NCBI GenBank assembly: GCA_042218325.1
Contig: JBDGRE010000002.1
Coordinates: 1-40,722 of the forward strand
From: Candidatus Nanohaloarchaea archaeon
GTDB lineage: Archaea > Nanohalarchaeota > Nanosalinia > Nanosalinales > Nanosalinaceae
Length of the DNA stretch: 40,722 nt
Reading direction: 5' to 3'
Shown here: positions 17,231-26,936 of the stretch, piece after piece
How the letters are laid out: every line of letters begins with the position of its first letter
How positions within the stretch are numbered: position 1 is the first letter of the stretch
Program-made: the position numbers and the translations under genes
The notes under the pieces: generated by a model
What the model was told of the DNA's origin: nothing
What the model saw: only the letters and a program-made list of their open reading frames with translations
Databases searched by the model: none

Positions 17231-18990
17231 CAGACTTCACGGACGAGATAACAGGGAGACTGAAGAACCCGCACTACCTTTTACTGCTCGGAATACTCGC
17301 CATGGCGACCTTCCTGCGGTTCCGGTACGCGTTCTTCGACGGCCTGTGGGTCGACGAGGGGCGTTACGGCAGGATAGCCAAGGAACTGTCCACACACATC
17401 CTGGACTACTCTGTGGTGTGGAGAGGCCAGATAACGTCGTATCCCCCGGTTTACCCGTACCTGCTGGCAGTTTCCACCTATATCTTCGGGAAGACCGATC
17501 TCGCGGTCCGGGTAGTGAGCCCCCTGATGGGTGTCGCGGGCGTCGGGCTCACCTACCTTCTCGGGAGGGAGATGAAGACACGAGAGATAGGACTTATAGC
17601 AGCGGCTGTCGTAGCGGTCAATCCCATCTTCTGGTTCCTCAGCGAGCGTATCCTGATAGGTGCGACCTTCGCAACCCTCTACACGGCGGCGATGCTCGCA
17701 CTGTACTACGGCCTCGAGGACCGGGAGTACTCGCGTTACGCGCTCTGGGCTCTCGGGCCTCTCGTCTCACTGAACATAATGACCAAACAGCCGGCCTACA
17801 CTCTCGGCGTGGTGATCCCTCTCTACTTCCTGTACGTCCACCGGGAGGAACTGGAGAGCTTCGTTGTCAGGGGCACCTCTTTCAGGGAGTCGGGTCTATA
17901 CGATGTCTTCACCGACAGGGATTACTACACGGCCGCGGGGCTCGGCCTGCTTACGCTGCTGCCCTGGATGCTGAGGAACACGGCGGTCTGCAGCTTCCCT
18001 CTCTGCGGTCTTCCACGGGCCCTGGACTTCGCCGCCACCACGAACCAGGCGGCATGGGCCAGCACACAGGGACCGTTCTACTACATACTTAGCATGCCCG
18101 GTATCATGACCGCTCTCGGCACCGCCCTCGTAGGCCTCCGCGTGATCCAGTACATAGTTGATTACGCGGACAGGGACGCCGACACGATGGTGAAGGCTGC
18201 GTCGACGATTATCGGCCTGCTCGCGACCAGCTACTTCCTGAAGCCGGACCTGGTGCCGATGGTGCTCCTTACATCCATCGCGATCTTCGCGAGAAGTGAC
18301 GCGGAGAAGCTTCTCTGGCTCTGGGCCGGTATCGGTATAGGTTTCATGTCGCTGGGCCGGGTGCAGGTTCCACGTTACATAGTCTTCGTCATACCTGCGC
18401 TGGCGACGGTCGCCGCGATCTCGCTCTACTCGGTTTCGGACTGGCTCGCGTACCAACTCGACAGTAGCGGTGTCACTGCCGCGAGGCTCGCGGTCGTGCT
18501 GATGGTGCCTGTCCTGTTCCTCTCGTTCGCCCAGGGCATGCAGAACATATCCCGTGGGGGCTACACGTATCTTGAACCGGCGGGGGAATGGCTCGACAGC
18601 AACTTGCCGGAGGAAGCGAACGTGGGCGCGACCTCGGACCCACAGATGAGGTACTACATCTATCCGAGGATGGCCTACACGCTGCCCAAGAACCAGTCAA
18701 AGTTCAAGTCGTTCCTCAGGGAGAAGAACATAACCCACGTGGAGGTCGACGTGTACGAGAGAGCGCAGGCGAAATGGGCGCAGACAGGACTGCCGCCCTA
18801 CCGGCTACCGGTCTCGACCGTCCAGGACCTCCGGGCCGGGAGGATCTCACCGCAGCAGGTGGGGCAGAGCTACGGCAAGCCGCCGGGATATCTTGAACGC
18901 GTCAAATCTTTCGGCCGGACACGCGTACCTCTCACCCAAGACCAGCAGCAGCCGATGGTGATAATCTACCGGGTGAACCTGACAGGATGA
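17227..18990 (+). CDS. GT-C glycosyltransferase (ArnT/PMT-like, family 39/83)
   Basis: LWVDE, YPPVY, multiple TM helices, PRY motif. Confidence 0.88.
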   Translation: MTDFTDEITGRLKNPHYLLLLGILAMATFLRFRYAFFDGLWVDEGRYGRIAKELSTHILDYSVVWRGQITSYPPVYPYLLAVSTYIFGKTDLAVRVVSPLMGVAGVGLTYLLGREMKTREIGLIAAAVVAVNPIFWFLSERILIGATFATLYTAAMLALYYGLEDREYSRYALWALGPLVSLNIMTKQPAYTLGVVIPLYFLYVHREELESFVVRGTSFRESGLYDVFTDRDYYTAAGLGLLTLLPWMLRNTAVCSFPLCGLPRALDFAATTNQAAWASTQGPFYYILSMPGIMTALGTALVGLRVIQYIVDYADRDADTMVKAASTIIGLLATSYFLKPDLVPMVLLTSIAIFARSDAEKLLWLWAGIGIGFMSLGRVQVPRYIVFVIPALATVAAISLYSVSDWLAYQLDSSGVTAARLAVVLMVPVLFLSFAQGMQNISRGGYTYLEPAGEWLDSNLPEEANVGATSDPQMRYYIYPRMAYTLPKNQSKFKSFLREKNITHVEVDVYERAQAKWAQTGLPPYRLPVSTVQDLRAGRISPQQVGQSYGKPPGYLERVKSFGRTRVPLTQDQQQPMVIIYRVNLTG

Positions 18991-19886
18991 TAGCCGCGGT
19001 GGTCCCCACCCTGAACGAGGAGGAAGCGATAGGCCGCGTGGTAGAGGGTCTTCCCGCGGAGTACAGGGACCACGAGGTGGAGGTCTACGTGGTCGACGGC
19101 GGATCTACCGACGCGACCGTCGAGAGAGCCCGGGAAGCAGGAGCCGAGATCATACACCAGAGGCTTTCCGGCGGCAAGGGCAACGGGGTGAAGCAGGCCC
19201 TGCAGGAGATAGACGCCGAGATATACGTTATGCTGGACGGCGACGGGACCTACGACCCGGAGGAGTTCGGGAAGCTGGTCGACCCTGTGCTTTCAGGCCG
19301 TGCAGAACACGTGATAGGCAGGCGTTCCGACCGGGAGAAAGGCGCCATACCAAGGCTCAACCTCCTGGGCAACTATCTCTTCAACCTCGTTACCCGGATA
19401 TCGACGGGCGAAGAGATACATGATATGCTCTCAGGTTACCGGGCGTTCACTAGAGAGTCTCTCGCATACACAGACTTCACCAGGCCCGGTTTCGGTATCG
19501 AGACCGAGATGACCTTCACGGCGCTCGAGAACCATGTCCCGATAGAGGAAGTGGAGATAAGCTACGCCGAGCGGGAGGGCGAAAGCAAGCTCAACCCCGT
19601 GAGCGATGGCTGGCGTATCATAAACACCATGGTCTGGAGCATCCGGGACATGAACCCCCTGAAGTTCTTCTCCAGTATCTCTCTCTTCGTGCTGCTAATG
19701 GCGGCCTACCCGTCCTACCTTACGCTCCGGCAGAAGCTGGAGACAGGGTATGTGACCGATCTCGGGCCCGCACTCGCCGCCGGGGTCCTGCTCATACTCG
19801 CGGTTCAGTTCCTCGTTTTCGGGCTTCTCGCCGACCAGGTCAAGAACGTCGAGAAGCGACTCCGGAACCGTGCGGCGAAGGTTTAA
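18987..19886 (+). CDS. GT2 dolichol-phosphate glycosyltransferase (DPM1/AglJ-like)
   Basis: VPTLNEE, VDGGSTD, GKG, DGDGTY, DMLSGYR, two C-terminal TMs. Confidence 0.92.
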   Translation: MIAAVVPTLNEEEAIGRVVEGLPAEYRDHEVEVYVVDGGSTDATVERAREAGAEIIHQRLSGGKGNGVKQALQEIDAEIYVMLDGDGTYDPEEFGKLVDPVLSGRAEHVIGRRSDREKGAIPRLNLLGNYLFNLVTRISTGEEIHDMLSGYRAFTRESLAYTDFTRPGFGIETEMTFTALENHVPIEEVEISYAEREGESKLNPVSDGWRIINTMVWSIRDMNPLKFFSSISLFVLLMAAYPSYLTLRQKLETGYVTDLGPALAAGVLLILAVQFLVFGLLADQVKNVEKRLRNRAAKV

Positions 19887-19913
19887 ACCAGTGACCACTC
19901 AATTCCCCCTCAG

Positions 19914-21242
19914 GTGAAGATGACAGAGACCCCGAACGTGCTTTTCGTGGTACTTGACAGCCTCCGCAGGGACAGGATATCGGTATACAACGACGACGTA
20001 GATTTCACGGACAACCTCGAAGAACTGTCCAGGGAGGCGAAGGTTTACAGCGAGGCGGTGGCGAACGCGCCCTGGACCTTCCCGTCCCACGCCTCGATGT
20101 TCACAGGAATGTATCCGTGGGAGCACGGCGCGACCCAGCGCAACCTGAAACTGGATGTCGAACGCGACCTCCTGGCAGAGAGGTTCAGGGATGAAGGCTA
20201 CCGCACCGCATGTATTTCGACCAACGCCTGGCTTTCGGGGAGGTTCGGGCTCTCCGAGGGCTTCGAGCAGGTGGAGAACCTGAGTTCGACAGGCTTCTCC
20301 GGGCTGCTCGGCAAGGCAAGGAGAAAACTTGATAGATGGCTCTCCTCGGCCGGGAACGAGAGACTGAAGAGGACTATCGTAAGGGTAGGGAACCACGTCT
20401 TCCACTACTGGCTCGGCGGAAGCCAGACGGAGGAGATAGTGGAAAAGAGCAAGACCTTCATGGAAACGGGTGACGAGCCGTTCTTCCTGTTTCTCAACCT
20501 GATGGACGCTCACGAGCCGTACTTCCCTCCGCAGGAATACCTCGACAGGCACGACTGTCCTGACCCGTCAGATATCTGCCAGAACCCGACCGATTTCTAC
20601 GCCGGCAGGGTGGATGCCGACTTCGATGCTATCTCGAGGGTGTACGACGCCTCGGTCGACTACATGGACGACCAGCTAGGACACCTGTTCGAGGCCCTGG
20701 AGCGGTCAGGCAGCTGGGATGACACGGTCGTCGTAGTGGTAGCGGATCACGGGCAGCTGCTCGGCGAGAACGGGATGTACGGCCACCAGTACAGCGTGGC
20801 CGATGAGCTGGTGCACGTCCCGATGATGGTTAAAGCCGGCGAGATCGGGGAGGTGGAAAAGCAGGTGGAGCTCCGCGAGATATCCGATATACTTCTTTCG
20901 GAGGCCGGTCTGGAGGGAGACTACAGCGAGGGCACGAAGTATGCGATGGGAGGCTACGAGTTCCCGGACGTCCAGAGGCCGCGGATACCGAAAGGGAAGT
21001 GGAGTGAGCTGTACAGGCGCCACCATTTCGTGAGGACCCTGAACGGTAAGGCGGTGAGGTCGGAGGACGAGGACGGCGACACCGAACTGGTGTTCGAGGG
21101 ATTCGTAGGCGAGCCAGCGGAGGACGAGAGAAGGACCATGAGAGAGAAGCTGGACTCGATAGGTGAAGGAGAGAAAGGCCAGCAGCTGGACGAGAAAGAC
21201 GAGGAGATACAGAGGAAGCTCCAGGAACTCGGATACGGTTGA
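19914..21242 (+). CDS. sulfatase-like hydrolase/transferase (AlkP superfamily)
   Basis: VLDSLR, APWTFPSHASMFTG, DAHEPY, ADHG, GHQ; C-terminal KLQELGYG. Confidence 0.92.
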   Translation: MKMTETPNVLFVVLDSLRRDRISVYNDDVDFTDNLEELSREAKVYSEAVANAPWTFPSHASMFTGMYPWEHGATQRNLKLDVERDLLAERFRDEGYRTACISTNAWLSGRFGLSEGFEQVENLSSTGFSGLLGKARRKLDRWLSSAGNERLKRTIVRVGNHVFHYWLGGSQTEEIVEKSKTFMETGDEPFFLFLNLMDAHEPYFPPQEYLDRHDCPDPSDICQNPTDFYAGRVDADFDAISRVYDASVDYMDDQLGHLFEALERSGSWDDTVVVVVADHGQLLGENGMYGHQYSVADELVHVPMMVKAGEIGEVEKQVELREISDILLSEAGLEGDYSEGTKYAMGGYEFPDVQRPRIPKGKWSELYRRHHFVRTLNGKAVRSEDEDGDTELVFEGFVGEPAEDERRTMREKLDSIGEGEKGQQLDEKDEEIQRKLQELGYG

Positions 21243-21280
21243 CGAATTTCTTTTGAATCTACCTCCACAATAACCGGTTT

Positions 21281-22225
21281 ATGAACTACCGGCGGGCTGC
21301 CAAGCTGCTGTTCTCTTTCACCATACTGGGTCTGCTTTTCTGGTTCTCAGACTTAGAGGCTATCGCATCCAACATCTCGAAGGCCGACCCCGGTCTATAC
21401 CTCGCAGCGGTGGCGCTTTTCCTGACGACCTACGCGGCCGCCTCACTGAGATGGAGGAACCTCTCCCGGTCGATAGGCTACGACCTCGGCCTCACGGAAT
21501 CTTTCCGCCTGATAGCCGTTTCCTACAGCTTCAACAAGCTCTTTCCCGGGAACGCGGGGGACGCGGTCCGGTCGAAGATATTCGAGAGGTACGAGGACGT
21601 CGACAGCCACGGCAAGATACTCGGCATCGTGGCCCTCGAGCGCTATCTCGGTGTTCTCAGTCTACTGACGATAATATTTGTCTCGCTCGCGCTGGCGGAC
21701 ATACAGATATTCGAGAAGATAAGATGGGTGCTCGCGATATTCGGTTTCGTATCGGTGGGTTTTGGGCTGGCTCTCCTCGTGGACAGGGACATGATGAAGC
21801 TAGTGCTCGGCTTCCTCCCGGGCAAGGCAGAGGGGTTCCTGCTCGAGGTGATGGAGGGTTACCAGAGTTCCAGCAGGGCCAACCTCGTCAAGAACCTTTT
21901 CCTGTCACTTTACATCAGGTCCGTCGAGGCCGTGATGTTCTTCCTCATACTCGGGGCGCTATCGGCGGATATAGGGCTGTGGGAAGGAGCTCTCGTAATG
22001 TCTACACTCAGCCTTGTATCGGCGATACCTGTTTCGCCCGGCGGGCTGGGAACGGTCGATGCGACCGGCGCCGCACTCCTTACCTTCCTCGGCACGAGTT
22101 ACTCCCTCGCCCTTTCGGTCATGATACTGCAGCGCAGCATAGGCCTGTTCCTGATGGGTCTTGTAGGCGCGACGGTGTACACGGTCGAGACCTACTACCC
22201 CGTTTTCTCAGAAATCATCCGGTAG
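21281..22225 (+). CDS. lysylphosphatidylglycerol-synthase-TM / flippase-like membrane protein (UPF0104)
   Basis: LRW, FPGNAGDAVR, LER, PVSPGGLGT. Confidence 0.88.
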   Translation: MNYRRAAKLLFSFTILGLLFWFSDLEAIASNISKADPGLYLAAVALFLTTYAAASLRWRNLSRSIGYDLGLTESFRLIAVSYSFNKLFPGNAGDAVRSKIFERYEDVDSHGKILGIVALERYLGVLSLLTIIFVSLALADIQIFEKIRWVLAIFGFVSVGFGLALLVDRDMMKLVLGFLPGKAEGFLLEVMEGYQSSSRANLVKNLFLSLYIRSVEAVMFFLILGALSADIGLWEGALVMSTLSLVSAIPVSPGGLGTVDATGAALLTFLGTSYSLALSVMILQRSIGLFLMGLVGATVYTVETYYPVFSEIIR

Positions 22226-23626
22226 ATCCCTCTCTTCCAGGTCTATCCTTCCCTGTATGAACGGCAGCGGTTCACCCTCCGCCTCGAACTCGATGCCGAA
22301 GAGACCTGCTATGGTCGGCGCTACATCGTATATAGTCCCCTGTCCGCGGCCGCCGCTCCCGAAGTCCTCGCCCTCCGCCGCGAGGAAGCCTACACGTCCG
22401 TGGTGGTTGGTCCTCCTGCTTGAGTGCTGCGCCCCGTAAAGGCTCTTCATGACCCTCTCCCCCGTCTCCTCGAACACTATGTCCGGCGCGTTACCTGTCT
22501 CGGGCCCGTCGAAGATCTCTTCGCGCCTGTAAGCGTCGACCGTGTCCGGTAGCTCATCCAGTATCTCCTCCACTACCTCTCCGCGGTCCTCGACCACGCC
22601 GCTGAACCTGTCGTCGTTGATGTAGATACCTCTTATACCGGAACTCGGTGTGAAGGCCCGGGACTCCTCCATGTCGATTCCCTCACTGAGCCCGGTCTCC
22701 ACGCCTATCCTGTGGTTCTCAGGGATAGGGAGAAAATCTTTCACAGCTATGAAGGCGTTCAGCGACAGGCGGCGTGTCAGCTCGAACCTCGAGAGGGCGT
22801 CGAGCGCAGTGCTCACAACAGGGCTGTCGTTGAAAAGGTCATCCATCGAGCCGCCGGTCTCCAAGTACCCATTGTCCTTCAGCCACTGGTTCACATGGAA
22901 GACCTTCTCGAAGCTTTGGAAGCCGTGGTCGGACAGCAGTATCAGGTTGTCGGACCGCTCTCTCGCGATTCCGATGGCCTCGTCCACTATCCTGAACACG
23001 TCGAACGCGTCCTCGTTCCCGCCCTCCTTCATCTCGTGGTAATAGTCATGCATAACCCAGTCGGTGGCAGAGAAAAGCAGGAAGAAGAGATCCTGGTCAT
23101 CCACCAGTTCTTCCATCAACCTTTTCTTGTCCGACGCTGCCTTCCGTGAAGATTTCACCAGGCTGAAAGCCTTTTCGCTCGCGTCCAAAGACTTCTTGTA
23201 GTCGCCGAAGTCGAAACTCTCACCGAGGCTACGCGGCCGGATGAAGTCTTCTTCTGGCGAGAGGAAGCTGCCGACGAACTCGCCGTCGAAACCTGGCGGG
23301 TACGAGAGCGGGAGATTGACCACGCAGACCTCCCCCCTGCGCGACAGTTCGCCGTAAATCGTGTCGGCCTGTATGTCCCTGGAGTCGTAAGGCCTTCCAC
23401 CTTCGGTATGGTCTATGAAGTCGAATACACCGTGTCTACCCGGGTTTACGCCTGTCATTATCGACGTCCAGGCAGGCCCTGTTACGGGCGGGTAAGTGGT
23501 CTCGAGGTCGGCGCTGTAACCCCCCTCCACTACCTCCTGCGTGTTCGGCATGAGGCCTTTCTCGAACGCTCTTTCAAGCACGTCCCAGTCCACCCCGTCG
23601 AGACCTATAACAGAAAGCTTCGGCAC
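22208..23626 (-). CDS. AlkP-superfamily nucleotide pyrophosphatase/phosphodiesterase-like protein
   Basis: IGLDG, PPVTGPAWTSIMTGVNPGRHGVFDF, SDHGF, DVAPTI. Confidence 0.92.
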   Translation of the reverse strand: MPKLSVIGLDGVDWDVLERAFEKGLMPNTQEVVEGGYSADLETTYPPVTGPAWTSIMTGVNPGRHGVFDFIDHTEGGRPYDSRDIQADTIYGELSRRGEVCVVNLPLSYPPGFDGEFVGSFLSPEEDFIRPRSLGESFDFGDYKKSLDASEKAFSLVKSSRKAASDKKRLMEELVDDQDLFFLLFSATDWVMHDYYHEMKEGGNEDAFDVFRIVDEAIGIARERSDNLILLSDHGFQSFEKVFHVNQWLKDNGYLETGGSMDDLFNDSPVVSTALDALSRFELTRRLSLNAFIAVKDFLPIPENHRIGVETGLSEGIDMEESRAFTPSSGIRGIYINDDRFSGVVEDRGEVVEEILDELPDTVDAYRREEIFDGPETGNAPDIVFEETGERVMKSLYGAQHSSRRTNHHGRVGFLAAEGEDFGSGGRGQGTIYDVAPTIAGLFGIEFEAEGEPLPFIQGRIDLEERDLPDDF

Positions 23627-23676
23627 ACGAACAACAGCTACGTACAGACTTAATAGGATTTCCTGCGGCGCGGGGT

Positions 23677-24045
23677 TCAGTCCTCCCTCTCCTCTACGTA
23701 AGGATCCTCGACGCGGGTGATATCTCCCGGTATGTAGGGGAACGATATCTCGAGAACCTTCGCGATGGTGGAGCCGAGGTTCTGAATCTGGTGCTTCTGC
23801 CCGGATCTTATGACCATCGCGTTCCCTGGCTCGAGCTCCTCCAGGTCTTCTTCACGCCTCAGTACGACGTCTCCCTCCTCGAGGTAGATTATATCCGCCT
23901 GTTCATCGTGATATGAGTATGAGGTCATCGCCTCGGCATCTATCACCAGCCTCCTGATACCGAGCATGCCTGTGGTCTCCCCGACATCCACCTGGGTCAT
24001 CAGAACCTGGTCCTCGTAGCCCCACGGCTTTTCTATCCTGCCCAT
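23677..24045 (-). CDS. cupin protein (mannose-6-phosphate-isomerase-like)
   Basis: IEKPWGYE, QKHQIQN, LEIS, DITRVEDPY. Confidence 0.85.
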   Translation of the reverse strand: MGRIEKPWGYEDQVLMTQVDVGETTGMLGIRRLVIDAEAMTSYSYHDEQADIIYLEEGDVVLRREEDLEELEPGNAMVIRSGQKHQIQNLGSTIAKVLEISFPYIPGDITRVEDPYVEERED

Positions 24046-24071
24046 GGGAATCCAGACGAATTTCGAGTTTC

Positions 24072-25007
24072 TTATACATCACTGTAGTATCCCACAGTCT
24101 TCCGGAGGCCCTCCTCGAAGCTGTGCTCCGGCTCGTAGCCGAGCACCTCCCGGGAGCGGGAGAGATCGGCCTGTGTCGCCTGCACGTACTTATCGCGCGG
24201 GTTCTCGACGTGTTCCGGCTCTATATCGGTCCCGAGTACGTCGTTCAGCTTCTCCACGACCTTGCTGAAGGAGACATCCCGGCCTGTCCCCACGTTGAAG
24301 TACCGGCCGTCCAACTCGTCGCTGCGCCCGGCTGCCAGCATGTTGGCCTTCACGACGTCCTCAACGAAAGTGAAGTCGCGTGTCTGGGAGCCGTCACCCC
24401 AGATGACCGGTCTCTCGCCCTGCTGCATCTTCCACAGGAACTGGGTCACGATGTTGGCGTACCTGTCCTTCGAACGCTCGTGCGGCCCGTAGACGGAGAA
24501 ATAACGGAGGCCGGTGGTCTCTATACGGTCGTTGTAGGAGTAAGCCTGGGCGTATCTTTCCCTCGCCATCTTCGAGGAGGTATAAAGGTTGGTCGGCACC
24601 TCGCCGGAGTCCTCGCTGTGCGGTGGTTCGACCGAGCCGTACATGGAGGACGTGGATGCGTAGACTATCTTTTCGGCACCAGCCTCTATCGCTGCCTCGG
24701 CCGTGTTCACGAAGCCTTCCACGTTGACTCTCGCACCTTTCGCAGGGTTCTCCTGGTGCATCGGGGAGCTCGATCTCGCGGCCTGGTGGAACACTGTGTC
24801 GCAGCCCTCAACGGCGCGCTCGATTTTTTCTTCGTCCAGCACGGAGCCCTCGACGAACTCTATCTCGTCCCGGACCCCTGACAGGTTGTCTTCGCTCCCG
24901 AGGAACAGGTCGTCGAGCACGACTGTCGGGATACCTCTTTCGACGAGTTCTTCTACTATGTTCGAACCTATGAAGCCTGCTCCGCCGGTCACGAGTGCCT
25001 TTTCCAT
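24072..25007 (-). CDS. NAD-dependent nucleotide-sugar epimerase/dehydratase
   Basis: TGGAGFIGS, YTSSK, LRYFSVYGP, QTRDFT; ATG at 25007. Confidence 0.95.
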   Translation of the reverse strand: MEKALVTGGAGFIGSNIVEELVERGIPTVVLDDLFLGSEDNLSGVRDEIEFVEGSVLDEEKIERAVEGCDTVFHQAARSSSPMHQENPAKGARVNVEGFVNTAEAAIEAGAEKIVYASTSSMYGSVEPPHSEDSGEVPTNLYTSSKMARERYAQAYSYNDRIETTGLRYFSVYGPHERSKDRYANIVTQFLWKMQQGERPVIWGDGSQTRDFTFVEDVVKANMLAAGRSDELDGRYFNVGTGRDVSFSKVVEKLNDVLGTDIEPEHVENPRDKYVQATQADLSRSREVLGYEPEHSFEEGLRKTVGYYSDV

Positions 25008-25089
25008 ACTTTTAACGGGTGAAGACATCTTTTTATTAAGTCGGATTCCGCGGGAACCGGTAAATAAATTTGGCTCCATACCCATCTCC

Positions 25090-25698
25090 ATGGAAACCGG
25101 GGAAGACAGCACTGTTTTCTACGTCCTGAGGCACGCCGAGACCCTGTGGAGTCGGGAGGACAGGATACAGGGCCAGCGCGATACAGGCCTCACCGCCCTC
25201 GGGGAAGAGCAGGCCATGAAAGCCGGGGAGGCCTGCGACCTGGACTTCGACCTTTACCATTCCAGCGACCTCGAGAGGGCGGAGGAGACCGCCCGCCTGT
25301 TCCAAGAAGGGATGGACCTGGATGCGGACATCGAGCTGAGCGAGGACCTGCGTGAAAGAGATTTCGGCGTGATGCAGGGTGAGCCCTCAAGCGCCATCGA
25401 TACAGCCAGTATAGAAAGCCTTGACCCGGAGGGAGGCGAGAGCTGGGACGACATATACGAAAGGGCCACGGGATACATACAAGAGGTCGCTGACAGCGCG
25501 CCCGGCCAGCAGGTCGCGGTCTTCACGCACACAGGGGTCATACAGGCGTTGCTCGCCGAACTTGCACCGGGTATGACCGGGGGAGAGGCCTACCGGGAGG
25601 ACATAGGCTACCTCAGCGGCATGGTTCTTGAGGCACGGAGTGAGCCCAGGGTGTACGATGAAGGTGATTACCTTGTGGACCTGCTGGATGACGTGTAG
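25090..25698 (+). CDS. histidine phosphatase (candidate glucosyl-3-phosphoglycerate phosphatase)
   Basis: LRHAET, SSDLERAEETA, LRERDFG, GGES, FTHTGVI. Substrate inferred from context only. Confidence 0.85.
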   Translation: METGEDSTVFYVLRHAETLWSREDRIQGQRDTGLTALGEEQAMKAGEACDLDFDLYHSSDLERAEETARLFQEGMDLDADIELSEDLRERDFGVMQGEPSSAIDTASIESLDPEGGESWDDIYERATGYIQEVADSAPGQQVAVFTHTGVIQALLAELAPGMTGGEAYREDIGYLSGMVLEARSEPRVYDEGDYLVDLLDDV

Positions 25699-26936
25699 CT
25701 CTCGTCCAGCCAGTAGAGGTACAGCGCCGCGGTCCAGGAGAAACGGTCCGAGCCCCTCGGCTCGGCGCTTTCCGGGTTGAAGTATTCGCTGAAGCCGTTC
25801 TCTTCTATAAGCTCTATGCTCTGTTCCCGTATCCGCTCTGCCTTCGTTTCATGTCCGCGATAGTCAAGACCCTCTGATACGAGCCAGTTGGTGTTTATCC
25901 AGACCGGTCCACGCCAGTACCTGTCAAGGTCCTGATCCTCGCCGGAGTAGGTCGCGCAGCCGTAACGGTGCTCCATGAAGTTCTTCTCCATGTTCTGCAG
26001 CAGCTTTTCTTCCTGGTCCGCGTCCGGCACACCCCCGTAGAGCGAGGCGAGGCCCGCGACCGTGTTCTCCCTCAGCTTCCGGCCGCCCGCGAAGTCGTAA
26101 GACACGAAGTTCCGTAGCTCGCTGTCCCATAACCGGTCTCTCATGGCCTCTGCAGTTTCCTCCGCCTTGCGCCGCCACTCCCGGTCCTTCCCGGGGTTCC
26201 CGAGTTGCCGGTGGATGTATGAGAGCTCGCGGCAGGCCCTTACGAATATACTGTTGGTGAGGACGTCAGCCACCCTGAAAGGTGAGAGCTCGCGGAGCCT
26301 GTGCTCGTCCCAGCCGTTTTCCCGGGCCTGCCTCAGCAGGTAGACGTACCTGTCGTAGTCCCAGTCGCCGGGTCTCTCGTCCTCCGCATCCTCCAGCTGG
26401 AGGTCCTCTCTCTCGTAGTCCGGGCTGCCCGGCTCGATGTCTTCCATGACCGGCTCCCAGGCGGGCGAGTCGTCCATCCCGGTCTCCCATGGATGCCGGA
26501 CGTAGACGAGATCATCGATGGAGCGCTCCTCCCGCCACCACTCGAGGTATCTCTCCATCGGCCCGGCGAACTTCTCCAGTACGCGCTTCTCTCCCGTCTC
26601 CCGGTAAAGCTCGGTGACAGCGTGCACGGCGACCGGTGGCTGTGTTATCCCGCTCGTCTTCACGCCGTCCCTCTCGATCTGCCACTCGCCGGGACCTGGG
26701 AAGTAGCCCTCAGCCTCCTTCCAGAATATTATCTGCGGTATCATACCGTTATCCCACTGGGCCTCCACGAGGCTCTCCAGCTCCTTTTCGGCCTTCTCCG
26801 GTCTCTCCTTCGCAAGCCCCACCGCTATGAAGGCGCTGTCCCAGTTCCACTGGAACGGGTACAGGTCCTCGGAGGGCACAGTGTACCTGCCCTCTCTCCG
26901 GTTCGACTTGAGTACGGAAAGAGCCTCAGTCTTCAG
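25668..26936 (-). CDS. GH63 glucosylglycerate/mannosylglycerate hydrolase-like protein (start uncertain)
   Basis: YTVPSEDLYPFQWNWDSAF, SGITQPP, HPWETGMDDSP, YWRGPVWIN, FSWTAAL. The conserved-looking N-terminus extends upstream of the track start to a CTG at 26936. Confidence 0.88.
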   Translation of the reverse strand: MKTEALSVLKSNRREGRYTVPSEDLYPFQWNWDSAFIAVGLAKERPEKAEKELESLVEAQWDNGMIPQIIFWKEAEGYFPGPGEWQIERDGVKTSGITQPPVAVHAVTELYRETGEKRVLEKFAGPMERYLEWWREERSIDDLVYVRHPWETGMDDSPAWEPVMEDIEPGSPDYEREDLQLEDAEDERPGDWDYDRYVYLLRQARENGWDEHRLRELSPFRVADVLTNSIFVRACRELSYIHRQLGNPGKDREWRRKAEETAEAMRDRLWDSELRNFVSYDFAGGRKLRENTVAGLASLYGGVPDADQEEKLLQNMEKNFMEHRYGCATYSGEDQDLDRYWRGPVWINTNWLVSEGLDYRGHETKAERIREQSIELIEENGFSEYFNPESAEPRGSDRFSWTAALYLYWLDESYTSSSRSTR